From Bdellovibrionales bacterium (GTDB lineage Bacteria > Bdellovibrionota > Bdellovibrionia > Bdellovibrionales > Bdellovibrionaceae), in assembly GCA_031370005.1 (NCBI GenBank), contig JANMPT010000024.1, positions 64,001-128,000 on the forward strand: a stretch of 64,000 nt of DNA, given 5' to 3'. The notes under the pieces were generated by a model. It was not told the DNA's origin. It saw only the letters and a program-made list of their open reading frames with translations, and did not search any database. Below, piece by piece: positions 8,848-18,826 of this stretch. Position 1 is the stretch's first letter. Each line of letters begins with the position of its first letter. The position numbers and the translations under genes are program-made.

Positions 8848-11103
8848 ATGCGATCTTTGCCCTCTATCATTTTAAGCTCAATTGTAATTTCTCAAATGGG
8901 CTTGGCTATGCCTTCAGAGCCACAAAAAGTTGATTTTGAGAAAGAATTCCGACAACTGACCGCTATAAGTTTGTATGATCTTGACCCGAAAATGAAAGAG
9001 ACAAAGCTGCCAAGCCTATCGCGAATGAAGTACTTTGAAATTAAAAAACGCTGGAAAGAATGTGGAGCTCTTGGCTCAAAAGTGATTGCCACAAATCGCG
9101 AAATTGAAGCTTGGGTTGCAGGCAGCTGGCTAAAGTGCGAAATAAAAAATTCAGAGGTCACAAAAAACACAAAAACTCTGGAAAAGCCAGTGGAATGGAT
9201 TCGTAAACATAAAGAAATTTTGAGCTTTGGTCCTTGGAAAAACTCTTTATGGCAGGATTATGTGGTCGGAACCATGTCTTTGCTGGAAACCAACAGAACT
9301 TTGTCAAAAGTGAGTGATTTTCTTAATTACAATGAGCAGCTTCCTGAGAAGGCGCGTGCGACCTTATTGGCCTACGTGGGGGAATTCGCTGAGAAAAAAG
9401 GCGACCTAAAAAAAGCTTTGTTTTTTTATGAGCAAAGTCTGCAGCTCAAAGATGTGAAAGCCATTCGTGACCGCTTAGAGGCAATGAGGAATGCATTAAA
9501 ATTGAAAATTAATTCACAGGCGCCGAACGTCAATAGCGTTCTTGAAAACGAAGCCGCAGAAGCTGTTCTTGAAGAAAAAATGAATAAGAATCTGAGCTCC
9601 GGCGATTTGATGTCGGCGTTAAAAACGTCTGTAGTAATAGAAACAGAGTTTGCTGGAGGTAAAGTTGCAAAACGTCTTAAGGATAAACCATTTGAAATCT
9701 ATCAGCAGATCTTCGAGGGAAGCCCGAGTGATGAAAAAGACGAGAAAGGATTTGCTGAGTTAGAAAAAATCGATGCCCTTCGTCGCCTCGAGTGGGCCCA
9801 GACGTTGCATCGCCGTGCAGATTATGATCAGGCTTTGATTTTTTCTGAGAGTGCATTAAAAGATCTTCATCATAGTCAGCAAGCAACTCTACTTTATTGG
9901 ATTGCTGGTAGATCTGCGCACCTCACAGGGCAGTACGATCGCGCATTATTACATTTTTCAAAACTGATTGAGTTTCATTCAGGGACAGAGGAGGCTACTG
10001 AGGCGATGTTGCGTTCTGGATTGATTAATCTTCGTTTGAAAAACTTTGCAACGGCAAAAGGGCAGTTTGAGAAACTGATAGCGCAAAATAAAGATCGTTA
10101 TGATCTCAACGGGCGTTATTGGCTTGTAAGAAGTCTTGAAAATATCGATAAAGAAAAGGAACGAGCTGCCGCTGAAGCCAAGGATTTAGCTGATCGCTAT
10201 CCTTTTTCATATTACGGGCTCCGGCTGACAGCAGAAGCAAATAAAGGCGAATATCTTTGGCCGACTATAGCTTCGAAACTGCCGACAAATACGAGTGATT
10301 TATGGCTGACCGGAGCGCAGAAAAAAACTTGGGACCGTTTTAAGCATTTAACTAAAGCGGGCTGGTTGCTGGAAGCTCAGTCCGAAATTCAACAGTTGCC
10401 AACAACAAAAAATCCTTGGTTGGAATATCAGTATGCAAAATTTATGTCGAAAAGTTTTCAATTTCCAGTGGCAATTCGCTGGATGAATGATGCCATGGAT
10501 ACGGAGAACTCTTTGCGCGGTCCCGAGGGTCTTTCTTATGTATATCCGAAGGTTTTTTCCCCGTGGATTGAAAGCGAATCTAAAAAGTATAATTTGAATC
10601 CGATTTTGATACGTAGCCTTATTCGACAAGAGAGTGCTTTTGGCATAAAGGCATTATCAACATCCGACGCACAGGGCTTAATGCAGCTCATTCCTTCCAC
10701 GGCCCAAGATGTAGCTCGTCGCTTGGGAATGAAAAAACTTGAATTTCCAGAAGATGTTTTCAGACCTGAGATAAATATTCCGCTGGGGACGTTTTATATC
10801 TCTTGGATGCTTGATCAGTTTTCTGGCAACGTGCCCTTCGCTCTTGCGGCCTATAATGCTGGGCCCACAAGAATGAAAATCTTCATGGAAGCCCGTGACG
10901 AAGTGAAAGCTTTGGCGACTAAAGGCTCATCCGACCCTATGGATGAAATCTGGTTCGATGAGCTTCCTTGGACAGAGACAAGCTTCTACATCAAGGCTAT
11001 TTTGCGCAATACTTTGCTCTATAAGTTGCTAGATTCTGCTAAAGTGAACTGGAATCTAGTCCTTTGGCAGGATTTGCATAATAAAAATGCAAATTTAAAG
11101 TGA
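8848..11103 (+). CDS. slt: Soluble lytic transglycosylase (Slt70-like) with TPR region
   Basis: IRQESAF, GLMQL, AAYNAG, ET..YIK SLT motifs. Confidence 0.9.
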   Translation: MRSLPSIILSSIVISQMGLAMPSEPQKVDFEKEFRQLTAISLYDLDPKMKETKLPSLSRMKYFEIKKRWKECGALGSKVIATNREIEAWVAGSWLKCEIKNSEVTKNTKTLEKPVEWIRKHKEILSFGPWKNSLWQDYVVGTMSLLETNRTLSKVSDFLNYNEQLPEKARATLLAYVGEFAEKKGDLKKALFFYEQSLQLKDVKAIRDRLEAMRNALKLKINSQAPNVNSVLENEAAEAVLEEKMNKNLSSGDLMSALKTSVVIETEFAGGKVAKRLKDKPFEIYQQIFEGSPSDEKDEKGFAELEKIDALRRLEWAQTLHRRADYDQALIFSESALKDLHHSQQATLLYWIAGRSAHLTGQYDRALLHFSKLIEFHSGTEEATEAMLRSGLINLRLKNFATAKGQFEKLIAQNKDRYDLNGRYWLVRSLENIDKEKERAAAEAKDLADRYPFSYYGLRLTAEANKGEYLWPTIASKLPTNTSDLWLTGAQKKTWDRFKHLTKAGWLLEAQSEIQQLPTTKNPWLEYQYAKFMSKSFQFPVAIRWMNDAMDTENSLRGPEGLSYVYPKVFSPWIESESKKYNLNPILIRSLIRQESAFGIKALSTSDAQGLMQLIPSTAQDVARRLGMKKLEFPEDVFRPEINIPLGTFYISWMLDQFSGNVPFALAAYNAGPTRMKIFMEARDEVKALATKGSSDPMDEIWFDELPWTETSFYIKAILRNTLLYKLLDSAKVNWNLVLWQDLHNKNANLK

Positions 11104-11159
11104 TGTTTTATTGATAAAGCTGAGTCCTTTTTGTAACCTGGAAGCTATTCGGAGGATTC

Positions 11160-12749
11160 ATGCGAAAGTTTATTACCTTGACGTTGGTCCTGGCTATGTT
11201 GAGTGCCTGTGCGCACAATCCTTCTACGCCAGCAACTGATTCGGCAGCAACAAACTCGGAGAATACAACTCCATTGAAGGATTTGGACTCCTTTCGTTTA
11301 AAAGATGCCGACGGGCCTCAGGTTGTTGATCAAGAGTTGGAAGTGATTCCTACTGAGGTTAACCCATTGGTCGAGCAGTGGATTGCTTATTTCCAAGGCC
11401 GTGGTCGTAGGCACATGGAGCGCTATTTGGCGCGCTCTACGCGTTATGAAAAATTGATGAAAAAAGTTTTGAAGGACAATGGCCTTCCTGAAGACTTATT
11501 CTACATCGCTTTGATTGAGTCAGGTTTTAATACTCAGGCACGCAGCAATGCGGCGGCAGTGGGCTACTGGCAATTTATTCGTGGTACCGGCAAGCGTTAT
11601 GGGCTTGAGATTAATGCAATGGTGGATGAGCGTAAAGACCCGGTTCTTGCTACTCAAGCAGCAGCTGAATATTTCAAAGGCCTTTATAGTGTTTTTGGAT
11701 CTTGGTATTTAGCAATGGCTTCTTACAACGTAGGTGAGAATCGAGTCAAACGCGAAGTAATGAACCACTACACTCGAGATTTCTGGGAGCTTGCCAGGAA
11801 AAAACGTTTTCCAAAAGAAACAATTCATTACATCCCAAAATTTATCGCAGCAAAATTGATTGCAAAAGACCTTAAAAAATATGGATTTGAGGAAATTGAT
11901 TTTATGACCCCGATTGAGTTTGACCATGTAAACTTGGTGAAACCAGTAAACCTTCGAGTGATGGCAGAAAAAATGAATATCAACTACGAAGACTTCAAAG
12001 CATTGAATCCAAAGTTTAAAGGTGAGGTGGCGCCGGTTAAAGCGGACAACAAGCTTGAGTTGCGTATTCCTCCAGGAATGATCGAGCAAGCCACCCTTGC
12101 CGCCAATGAGAGTATTGTGGAAAAAGTGGAGTTTGTTGCAGACGCAGGTGACACTAAAGTTTATCGCATCAAACATGGTGATAATCTGCACTTAGTGGCC
12201 CGTAAATACAGAACAACTGTGGCGTATCTCCGCGACTTGAATGATATCCCAAAAGGAAAGCGGCTTAAAATTGGAATGAAACTCTATGTTCCTGATCGTA
12301 CGCCAGTGGCTCCAAAACGGAATGTTGTTGCTATCAGGAGAAAATCTTCGAGTGAAACAGCTAATGGTCGTTTTTATACTGTCCAATCTGGCGACACGCT
12401 CTCATCTATTGCAAAGAAGTATGCCGTCAGTATTTCTCAGCTGAAGCGTGCAAATAACATCCGACGTGGACGCATATTGAAAGTGGGTATTCGCTTGCAA
12501 ATCCCTGGCGGCGGGAACAGTGACAACCCAAGCAATGATGGGGCAAAGCGTTTGCCTGCAAGTGCAAAAAACAAGGTGGCATTAAAAAATAAATATCATG
12601 TGGTTAAAAGAGGCGACAATCTGGTAAGCATAGCAGATAAATACAAAGTTTCTCTGATCAACATTCTGAACTCCAACAAGAAGCTCAAGCCTTCAAAACT
12701 ATTTGTGGGTGCTAAAGTTTTAATTCCGGAAGCCCGAGCAACGGAATAA
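11160..12749 (+). CDS. mltD: Membrane-bound lytic transglycosylase D lipoprotein with 3 LysM domains
   Basis: Lipobox LSAC, IESGF, GYWQF, ASYNVGE, three LysM repeats (GDNL/GDTL/GDNL). Confidence 0.9.
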   Translation: MRKFITLTLVLAMLSACAHNPSTPATDSAATNSENTTPLKDLDSFRLKDADGPQVVDQELEVIPTEVNPLVEQWIAYFQGRGRRHMERYLARSTRYEKLMKKVLKDNGLPEDLFYIALIESGFNTQARSNAAAVGYWQFIRGTGKRYGLEINAMVDERKDPVLATQAAAEYFKGLYSVFGSWYLAMASYNVGENRVKREVMNHYTRDFWELARKKRFPKETIHYIPKFIAAKLIAKDLKKYGFEEIDFMTPIEFDHVNLVKPVNLRVMAEKMNINYEDFKALNPKFKGEVAPVKADNKLELRIPPGMIEQATLAANESIVEKVEFVADAGDTKVYRIKHGDNLHLVARKYRTTVAYLRDLNDIPKGKRLKIGMKLYVPDRTPVAPKRNVVAIRRKSSSETANGRFYTVQSGDTLSSIAKKYAVSISQLKRANNIRRGRILKVGIRLQIPGGGNSDNPSNDGAKRLPASAKNKVALKNKYHVVKRGDNLVSIADKYKVSLINILNSNKKLKPSKLFVGAKVLIPEARATE

Positions 12750-12868
12750 AGATGCCCATGAGAAATAATCCTAATAACTCACAGGCTAGGGGGAATGAAA
12801 CCAATCCGTGATAAAATTTTGTAGAATTGACCTTTCATTTGCTCACCTAATTCCTCGGGTGACTCATA

Positions 12869-12967
12869 CCTTTGGTAGACTGGCTGGCATAGCTCATAGT
12901 TTATTGAGCTGAAGCCCCTGTAGCTTTGCGTCCCGTCGTTTCCGACAGTTTGCCTTGAGGCAAAAGA
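12869..12967 (-). ncRNA. Cyclic di-GMP-I (GEMM) riboswitch aptamer
   Basis: Minus strand reads CTTTTGCCTCAAGGCAAACTGTCGGAAACGACGGGACGCAAAGCTACAGGGGC...ATGCCAGCCAGTCTACCAAAGG: GGCAAAC, GAAA-tetraloop P2, GGGACGCAAAGC core, P3 and a CTTTTG/CAAAGG P1. Confidence 0.92.
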
Positions 12968-13051
12968 AGGATCTAAATCCTTAGAGAACAACCGCTTGGA
13001 ACCTCCTATTTTAGATTGTTTGAGTTAACAGAACTTAGAGTACCTAGGTTT

Positions 13052-13081
13052 AGGATACCTGGACTGAGGTCACTTTTTCAA
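13052..13081 (-). promoter_or_regulatory. Candidate sigma70 promoter for the riboswitch-containing RNA
   Basis: Minus strand TTGAAA-N18-TATCCT about 85 nt upstream of the aptamer. Confidence 0.4.
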
Positions 13082-13174
13082 GAATGTCGCTTCATATTCT
13101 CAAATGAATTCAAATAGCAATGCCTCAGAGTGAGACTTTCACTCAGAGTGGAACAATTTATGCAATTTTATGAA

Positions 13175-13981
13175 TTAAATAGGTAGAATTTCGCGAATTC
13201 GATCTGCAATTTTAAAAAATTCTTGGGCTTCTACTCCAGACTTATTGCATTCGACAATTGGAATCCCCGCCTCACAGGCTAGGCCCACGGAAGGGTTGAA
13301 GGGAATTTCACCAATCTTGGGAATCGAGTTCGCAGCCATGTAGGATTCAAGTTCTCCCTTGGGGAACATTTGGATTTTTTCTCCGCTGGCAGGATTGATC
13401 ATATAAGACATATTTTCAATTAAGCCGAGCATAGGAATTCCAACACGTTGAAACATATCAATACCGCGTTTGACATCCGTGAGTGCTATATTTTGAGGGG
13501 TGCACACCATCACGGCTCCAGCCACAGGAACCTTTTGAGCAAGGGATAGTTGGACGTCGCCAGTGCCCGGCGGAAGATCGACGACAAGATAATCAAGCTC
13601 TCCCCAGTTCACATCGCGAAGGAACTGATCCATGGCTTTAAAGAGCATTGGGCCACGCCATACAACTGCTGCATTTTCCTCGATCAGGAATCCGATACTC
13701 ATGAGTTTGATTCCATAACGGACAACGGGCTCGAGTCTTTGATCAGAAGTGATACTTGGTTTTTGATTCAAACTTCCCAACATACGAGGAATGCTCGGTC
13801 CATAAATGTCAGCGTCTAGTAGGCCAACTTTGTTTTTTTGGCCAAGAGCTGTGGCTAAATTAGTGGCAACGGTGCTTTTACCAACCCCACCCTTGCCTGA
13901 ACTTACAGCAATAATATGCTTAACTCCTGGAATAGCTATTTGCTGGTTAAAGGGATTGGCCGAAGCATTGGGGGCTGCCAT
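13175..13981 (-). CDS. mrp: Mrp/NBP35 (ApbC) Fe-S cluster carrier ATPase
   Basis: SGKGGVGKST, DADIYGPS, WRGPM, DLPPGTGD, ENMS. Confidence 0.95.
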   Translation of the reverse strand: MAAPNASANPFNQQIAIPGVKHIIAVSSGKGGVGKSTVATNLATALGQKNKVGLLDADIYGPSIPRMLGSLNQKPSITSDQRLEPVVRYGIKLMSIGFLIEENAAVVWRGPMLFKAMDQFLRDVNWGELDYLVVDLPPGTGDVQLSLAQKVPVAGAVMVCTPQNIALTDVKRGIDMFQRVGIPMLGLIENMSYMINPASGEKIQMFPKGELESYMAANSIPKIGEIPFNPSVGLACEAGIPIVECNKSGVEAQEFFKIADRIREILPI

Positions 13982-14031
13982 ATGAACTCCTACTTGATAA
14001 ATTTGCGCTCTCCACCAATAATGAAAATTAA

Positions 14032-14454
14032 GTGAATAGCCAACAGTTTTTAATTCTTAACATCATTATTTTGTTATTCTTCATTATCTGGTTTCTCGCT
14101 GGAAGGCGAGGCTCGTCAAAAAAGACCACTCGCCTGCAGATGAAGCGAGGAAATGACTCGCAGGGCGGGGTTCTTCAGCAGCCGACCTCAAAGAGTGTCC
14201 AGGGGCGCTATCGTCATCCTCGTTTTCAAAAGTACCTCGAAGAGAGTGATTCCTCTGTGAGCGCTGGAAAAGATCTGAACATTTTATTTAATTACAATGG
14301 CCATACTTGGGACGCCTACGAGGTCTTTGGTCTTCCCGCAGGCGCAAGCCTCGTGGAAGTGACAAAGTCATATCAACACATGTTAAAGAATACGGCCCCT
14401 GAGTCCCATGAATTTTTAGAAGCAGCGTTTAAAGCCATTCTCGTATCAAAATAA
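14032..14454 (+). CDS. Membrane-anchored protein with C-terminal J-domain-like region lacking HPD
   Basis: N-terminal TM; AYEVFGLPAGASLVEVTKSY resembles J-domain helices I-II. Confidence 0.55.
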   Translation: MNSQQFLILNIIILLFFIIWFLAGRRGSSKKTTRLQMKRGNDSQGGVLQQPTSKSVQGRYRHPRFQKYLEESDSSVSAGKDLNILFNYNGHTWDAYEVFGLPAGASLVEVTKSYQHMLKNTAPESHEFLEAAFKAILVSK

Positions 14455-14555
14455 ACCCCCTACTTTGGGTGTAGTTTTGAGGCGGTCCAGTACCCTCATG
14501 ATCAATCATCATTTACTCTAAAGACGCAAAACACTCATTGTTTATAGGGAAAAAT

Positions 14556-15368
14556 ATGAAAAGGATTATGTTTTTAAGTTTTATTCTTTCTTTGTCTATT
14601 TTTGCAAATCTTTCTTGGGCTCAAGAAAAGAAAGAGGCGACGAGGGATACAGGCAAAAAAGAAAGCGTGGTAATTTCTCCTCGTGAATCTAAAGAGGACG
14701 ATATTCTAAAAGGCCTCGATTATCCGGAGTTGCAAGTCGTGCCACGTGCCAGTGATCGTTTAGTTATGGAAACACAAAATGAGCGTGAGTATGGTTGGGT
14801 GGCGTTTTGGCCATATCAGATTTCATCGATTGCAACCCTGCTAGCTGGAAATCGTCTTCGTGGAAATTACAAGGCAGACGTTGTGACAGATCAAGCAAAG
14901 CAAGACAGTGACAATATCGCATTGAGTGCAATGGCTGTCGGAGTCGGAGGCTTAGGTCTTTCGATTTTTTTGATTAAGAGTGATTTATACGGAGATTCTT
15001 TTCGTCGTATTAAAGCGACCAAAGTGACCGATAAGCGCAGCGAGCTATTTCGTGAGCGTTTGTCCGAAGAAGCTTTAGAAAAACCAGCTCACTTGATCAA
15101 TATGCTGACAACTGTTTCTGTTACTATGAATGTATTGGCCAATGCCGCAGTGGCAAGTCAAGCCAATGGCGATGTTCGTGCCTTCGCAGCAGTCGGTTTA
15201 GTAGCGGCTTTTCTACCGTGGATGTTTAGCAATCGCTATGTCGATAATTGGAATAAGCAATTGGAATACAAACGCAAGATCTATACTCCGCTAATTGGTT
15301 TTGATTGGCAGTACCAACCTAAAGCCAAAGAATTCAGACCTCAGATGAGCGCAAACTGGGAGTTTTAA
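14556..15368 (+). CDS. Hypothetical exported/membrane protein
   Basis: Signal peptide from ATG 14556, hydrophobic helices, C-terminal WEF. Confidence 0.6.
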   Translation: MKRIMFLSFILSLSIFANLSWAQEKKEATRDTGKKESVVISPRESKEDDILKGLDYPELQVVPRASDRLVMETQNEREYGWVAFWPYQISSIATLLAGNRLRGNYKADVVTDQAKQDSDNIALSAMAVGVGGLGLSIFLIKSDLYGDSFRRIKATKVTDKRSELFRERLSEEALEKPAHLINMLTTVSVTMNVLANAAVASQANGDVRAFAAVGLVAAFLPWMFSNRYVDNWNKQLEYKRKIYTPLIGFDWQYQPKAKEFRPQMSANWEF

Positions 15369-16246
15369 TGCAAGGGCTGCTGTGTATTTTTTTCTGCAGT
15401 TTGATAATGACCACGGCTTACGCCGAGGTGATGCTAAAGTCCCCTCAGGAGCGCGAGAATACTTATGCTCAGCCCGAAAAAGAAAAACTAAAACCTTGCG
15501 AAAGTTTCAAAGAATTCCAAAGCGCATATGAGTCCTTATTAAGGGACGGTGATTTGGCCCTGGGGGAAGAGAAGTCCGCGCGTTTGGCCTTGAAAATTAG
15601 TCAAGGCTGCAATGGCTCTGCACAAAGATTCATCAAGGCATATGAGATGATGAAGAAAACTGGTGTGGCAATGACCAAGTCAGTGGAAGTCGGCCTGGAT
15701 TTTTCGGCACTTGATGATGAGCGTCTTAAAAACTTTCACGAAGTATTTTCAAAAATGTATCTTGAGAACTATTTCGATTTCGATTTTGCAACAGCCTACA
15801 GAGTGAGCTTCCAGCTTTCCCGTGATTACGAGGGTAAAGCTCAAGATGTTCGCGAGGATTTTATTAAACTTGCAAAATTTTGCACCCAAAGCGACAAGGT
15901 GGCCTTGCCATTAAAGCAATGTGCGGAACTTGCATTGAAGATTGTGGATCATACGCCAAAATTTTCTGGTGGTTTATTTAGTACTTTTGAGAAGTTTTAT
16001 ACGTTTTTGCGAACGGATAAGCGCATGGGACTTTCAGTGATTGATTCATTAAATTTGGTGCCAAAAGTTTTCGCTTATGGTCCGAAGGCACCTGAGAATT
16101 TTCAGCAAGCGTTGGAATATGCATTAAGCTCTAACAAAATAACGATAGATCATCCCAATGCGATAAACTTGGCTTTGCGCTTGGCAAGGCAGTCTTTGCC
16201 ATCACTAGGTAAAGAGGAATTCAATGAAGCTCCTGTTAAGAAGTAG
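15368..16246 (+). CDS. Hypothetical exported helical-repeat protein
   Basis: Signal peptide AYA, repeated helical units; coupled to both neighbours. Confidence 0.6.
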   Translation: MQGLLCIFFCSLIMTTAYAEVMLKSPQERENTYAQPEKEKLKPCESFKEFQSAYESLLRDGDLALGEEKSARLALKISQGCNGSAQRFIKAYEMMKKTGVAMTKSVEVGLDFSALDDERLKNFHEVFSKMYLENYFDFDFATAYRVSFQLSRDYEGKAQDVREDFIKLAKFCTQSDKVALPLKQCAELALKIVDHTPKFSGGLFSTFEKFYTFLRTDKRMGLSVIDSLNLVPKVFAYGPKAPENFQQALEYALSSNKITIDHPNAINLALRLARQSLPSLGKEEFNEAPVKK

Positions 16247-17153
16247 TCTCCTTTGTTTTTTACTAATGGGATCCTTTGCATTTTCGGCCACGGAGTTGGA
16301 AAAAGTTCCCGTTGAGCTTGAATGGGAGAATATCTCTGGAGCGAAGCTCTATGAGTTGGAGTTTCAGAATTTTGACGGGAAAATTTTAAATACATTTAAA
16401 TCCAAAAGTCATATTTTTAAATTTAAATTCAAAGTTGGAAGGTACAAAGTTCGCAGCCGCGTGGCAGACTCTCGCAATGTCTATGGTGATTGGTCAGTAC
16501 TAACAGAGTTTACAGTGCAGCCGAGGCCAGTAAAGTTGGCTGAGAAAAGCATCATTACAAAAGGTGTCGTCAATGCGAAGACATTAACCACAGAAGTGAT
16601 AATTCGCTGGGGCGAGGCCGCCGGAGCCACCCAATTTCGTGTAAAAATGATAGATGCGAAAGGCGAAGTGATCCGTGATACAATCGTAACAGATTTTTAT
16701 TATAAAACTCAATTGAGCGCCGGACAGTATACTACGGTCGTAACTTCAGTTGGCGCTGCCGGGATTGAATCTGATCCCGTAACCCTGCCAGGAAAAGTAA
16801 TTATTGAGACTGTTCAATTGGAAAAGCCTGTGATTGTATTTGAAGATGTACCCGACACGAAGAATCCGAAACTAAAAATCCATCGCTTACCTTTATCTAA
16901 AGGCATACCTACATTGCGCTGGAGAGATCCTTCTGTTGTGGCAGATACCGTGGGGACTTTGGAGTACCGTTATTTTTTCGGCGAAGAATGGCTTCCAATT
17001 GATAAATTTACTTCGAAGAACGCCCAAGAAATCATTTTAGAAAAGGCCACGAAACCAGGACGCTATCGCATCAACGCCTGGGCTGAATCCCAGGGGCTAA
17101 AAAAATCAGAAGTTACTAGTTACGAGTTTGTCGTAAAACCTACGATATATTAA
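16224..17153 (+). CDS. Exported protein with fibronectin type III-like beta domains
   Basis: LEWENISGAKLYELEF...GRYKVRSRV...GDWS pattern repeated three times. Confidence 0.65.
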   Translation: MKLLLRSSLLCFLLMGSFAFSATELEKVPVELEWENISGAKLYELEFQNFDGKILNTFKSKSHIFKFKFKVGRYKVRSRVADSRNVYGDWSVLTEFTVQPRPVKLAEKSIITKGVVNAKTLTTEVIIRWGEAAGATQFRVKMIDAKGEVIRDTIVTDFYYKTQLSAGQYTTVVTSVGAAGIESDPVTLPGKVIIETVQLEKPVIVFEDVPDTKNPKLKIHRLPLSKGIPTLRWRDPSVVADTVGTLEYRYFFGEEWLPIDKFTSKNAQEIILEKATKPGRYRINAWAESQGLKKSEVTSYEFVVKPTIY

Positions 17154-17178
17154 TTGTGAGTGCGAAGGCATAGGAAAT

Positions 17179-18327
17179 TTATAGTCCCATACGCTTCAGC
17201 CCTTTCTGCCAGGGAAGAGCCCACGAAGAGCCCATTTTCTTTTCCTGGGTTTGCATATGAAAAACAAAAGACCCTTGGATACTAGGGAAAAGATTCCTAA
17301 AAAAATTAAGGCCATCAACATCTTCAGATTGTAAATCGTGGGAGTATTTCACTTCAATGGCAAAAATTTTGCCTTCGATTTTTACTATAAAATCAACTTC
17401 TTCGCCAGTTCTCATTCTGAAGGAAAATATTTCGATGTCCTTTTGGCGGGCCCAACTTGAGTGCAAAATCTGATTATAAATAAGCTGTTCGGCGAGAACA
17501 CCTCTTCTGTCAGGACTTGCGACATAGTTATTTAGGAGGCCATTAAAAACGCCATTATCAAAGAAATAAAACTTGGGATGCTTTATTAAGTCTATTCCTT
17601 GATGAGTGGCTTGTGTGAAGGGATAAACCCTATTTCCCACCAAAGTGTCTTCCAAGATTTCGAAATAACGAGGACATGCATGTCGTGATATTTTTGATTT
17701 TTTGGACATTTTTGTGTAGTCAACAAACTGCCCGGCAACAAGGGTGCTTTCTTGAAAAAATCGTGCAAAAGATTCAAGATTCCTAGTGAGGGCCTCGGCC
17801 TTTATTTCTTCCTTTAAGTAGTTAGCGGCATAGGCTCTTAGCAGAGCCTCATTGTCCTTCTTTTTTTTGCTTAGATACATTTCAGGTAAGCAACCATATG
17901 AAAGAGCTTGCTCTGTATCCATTTCATATGAAAGTTCAGCGCTAACTAAAGGGCCCAGCAGTAGGTTAATAACTCTTCCAGGAAGTAGGTTGGCGCCGCC
18001 ACGTTTCAATTTCCTTACGCTGGACCCAGTTAGGTAAAACTTTAGATTCTTATTGTCATCAACTAGTGCCTGAACCGTATTTAGAATTTTTGGTAAACGT
18101 TGAACTTCATCGATGAAAACACTTTTTGGTTTTTGCTGCTCAATAAGCCTTCTCAACTCACCAGGATTTGCTGAGAAATTGAGATACTCCAATTCATCAG
18201 CGAAATTGATACGTAGATCGGGTTTGAGGCTATTCACAAGAGTTGATTTTCCAACTTGCCGTGGCCCCAGTAAAAGAACACTTTTGGGGCTAGACGCTAG
18301 ATCTCGTTTTATAAATCTGTTTATCAT
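17179..18327 (-). CDS. AAA+ ATPase (AAA_14 + DUF4143)
   Basis: GPRQVGKST, FIDEVQ, LTGSS, PKFYFFDNG, C-terminal EVDFIV...IEVK PD-(D/E)xK-like motif. Confidence 0.9.
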   Translation of the reverse strand: MINRFIKRDLASSPKSVLLLGPRQVGKSTLVNSLKPDLRINFADELEYLNFSANPGELRRLIEQQKPKSVFIDEVQRLPKILNTVQALVDDNKNLKFYLTGSSVRKLKRGGANLLPGRVINLLLGPLVSAELSYEMDTEQALSYGCLPEMYLSKKKKDNEALLRAYAANYLKEEIKAEALTRNLESFARFFQESTLVAGQFVDYTKMSKKSKISRHACPRYFEILEDTLVGNRVYPFTQATHQGIDLIKHPKFYFFDNGVFNGLLNNYVASPDRRGVLAEQLIYNQILHSSWARQKDIEIFSFRMRTGEEVDFIVKIEGKIFAIEVKYSHDLQSEDVDGLNFFRNLFPSIQGSFVFHMQTQEKKMGSSWALPWQKGLKRMGL

Positions 18328-18357
18328 GTGCTCATTTTTTCAATAAAATGAGCACAT
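18326..18357. repeat. Perfect 13-bp inverted repeat overlapping the AAA ATPase start
   Basis: ATGTGCTCATTTT-TTCAAT-AAAATGAGCACAT. Confidence 0.85.
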
Positions 18358-18367
18358 ATCAACCGTT

Positions 18368-18736
18368 TTATTTCCCTAAGTTTTCTTTATATTCTGGGTG
18401 AAGTTCGCCCTGATGGCACATATAGCAGGTGGCCTCGGGGCCTTTTTTTCCGTTAAAACCATTGTCGCGTAAAGTTGCTACGATACGCATATGTTCTTTT
18501 GCAACCTTAAAGGTTTTCTTTTCGTCGGAAGTGAAGTTCTGAACATTATGGCACTCTGTGCAGGTGACTCCGAGCTGACGTGAGATCACGACCATTTCCT
18601 GGCGAATGGTGTCTTCATTTGCTTTGAGTTTTTTCGCAGATTCGGTGTGCGCCTTCGGGGAAAGAATCAACATGATGATAAATATGGCAGCACCAAAGAC
18701 GATAAGGGATTTGTAATATGTTGCGTTATGGCTCAT
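18368..18736 (-). CDS. Small diheme c-type cytochrome (resembles the reaction-centre cytochrome c subunit family)
   Basis: Signal/TM, LGVTCTECH and TCYMCHQG. Confidence 0.8.
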   Translation of the reverse strand: MSHNATYYKSLIVFGAAIFIIMLILSPKAHTESAKKLKANEDTIRQEMVVISRQLGVTCTECHNVQNFTSDEKKTFKVAKEHMRIVATLRDNGFNGKKGPEATCYMCHQGELHPEYKENLGK

Positions 18737-18826
18737 GTTCCATCCTGGAATTTTTGTAGTAGAGTTTTTGAATAGTAAAATTCAGTTTCTTTATTTTCTG
18801 TAAAGTGCACTTGTCTTATTAAGTTT

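Noticed and set aside
18368..18736. Photosynthesis, suggested by similarity to the reaction-centre cytochrome family
   Set aside because: Only two hemes in 122 aa, and no puf/bch genes in the window
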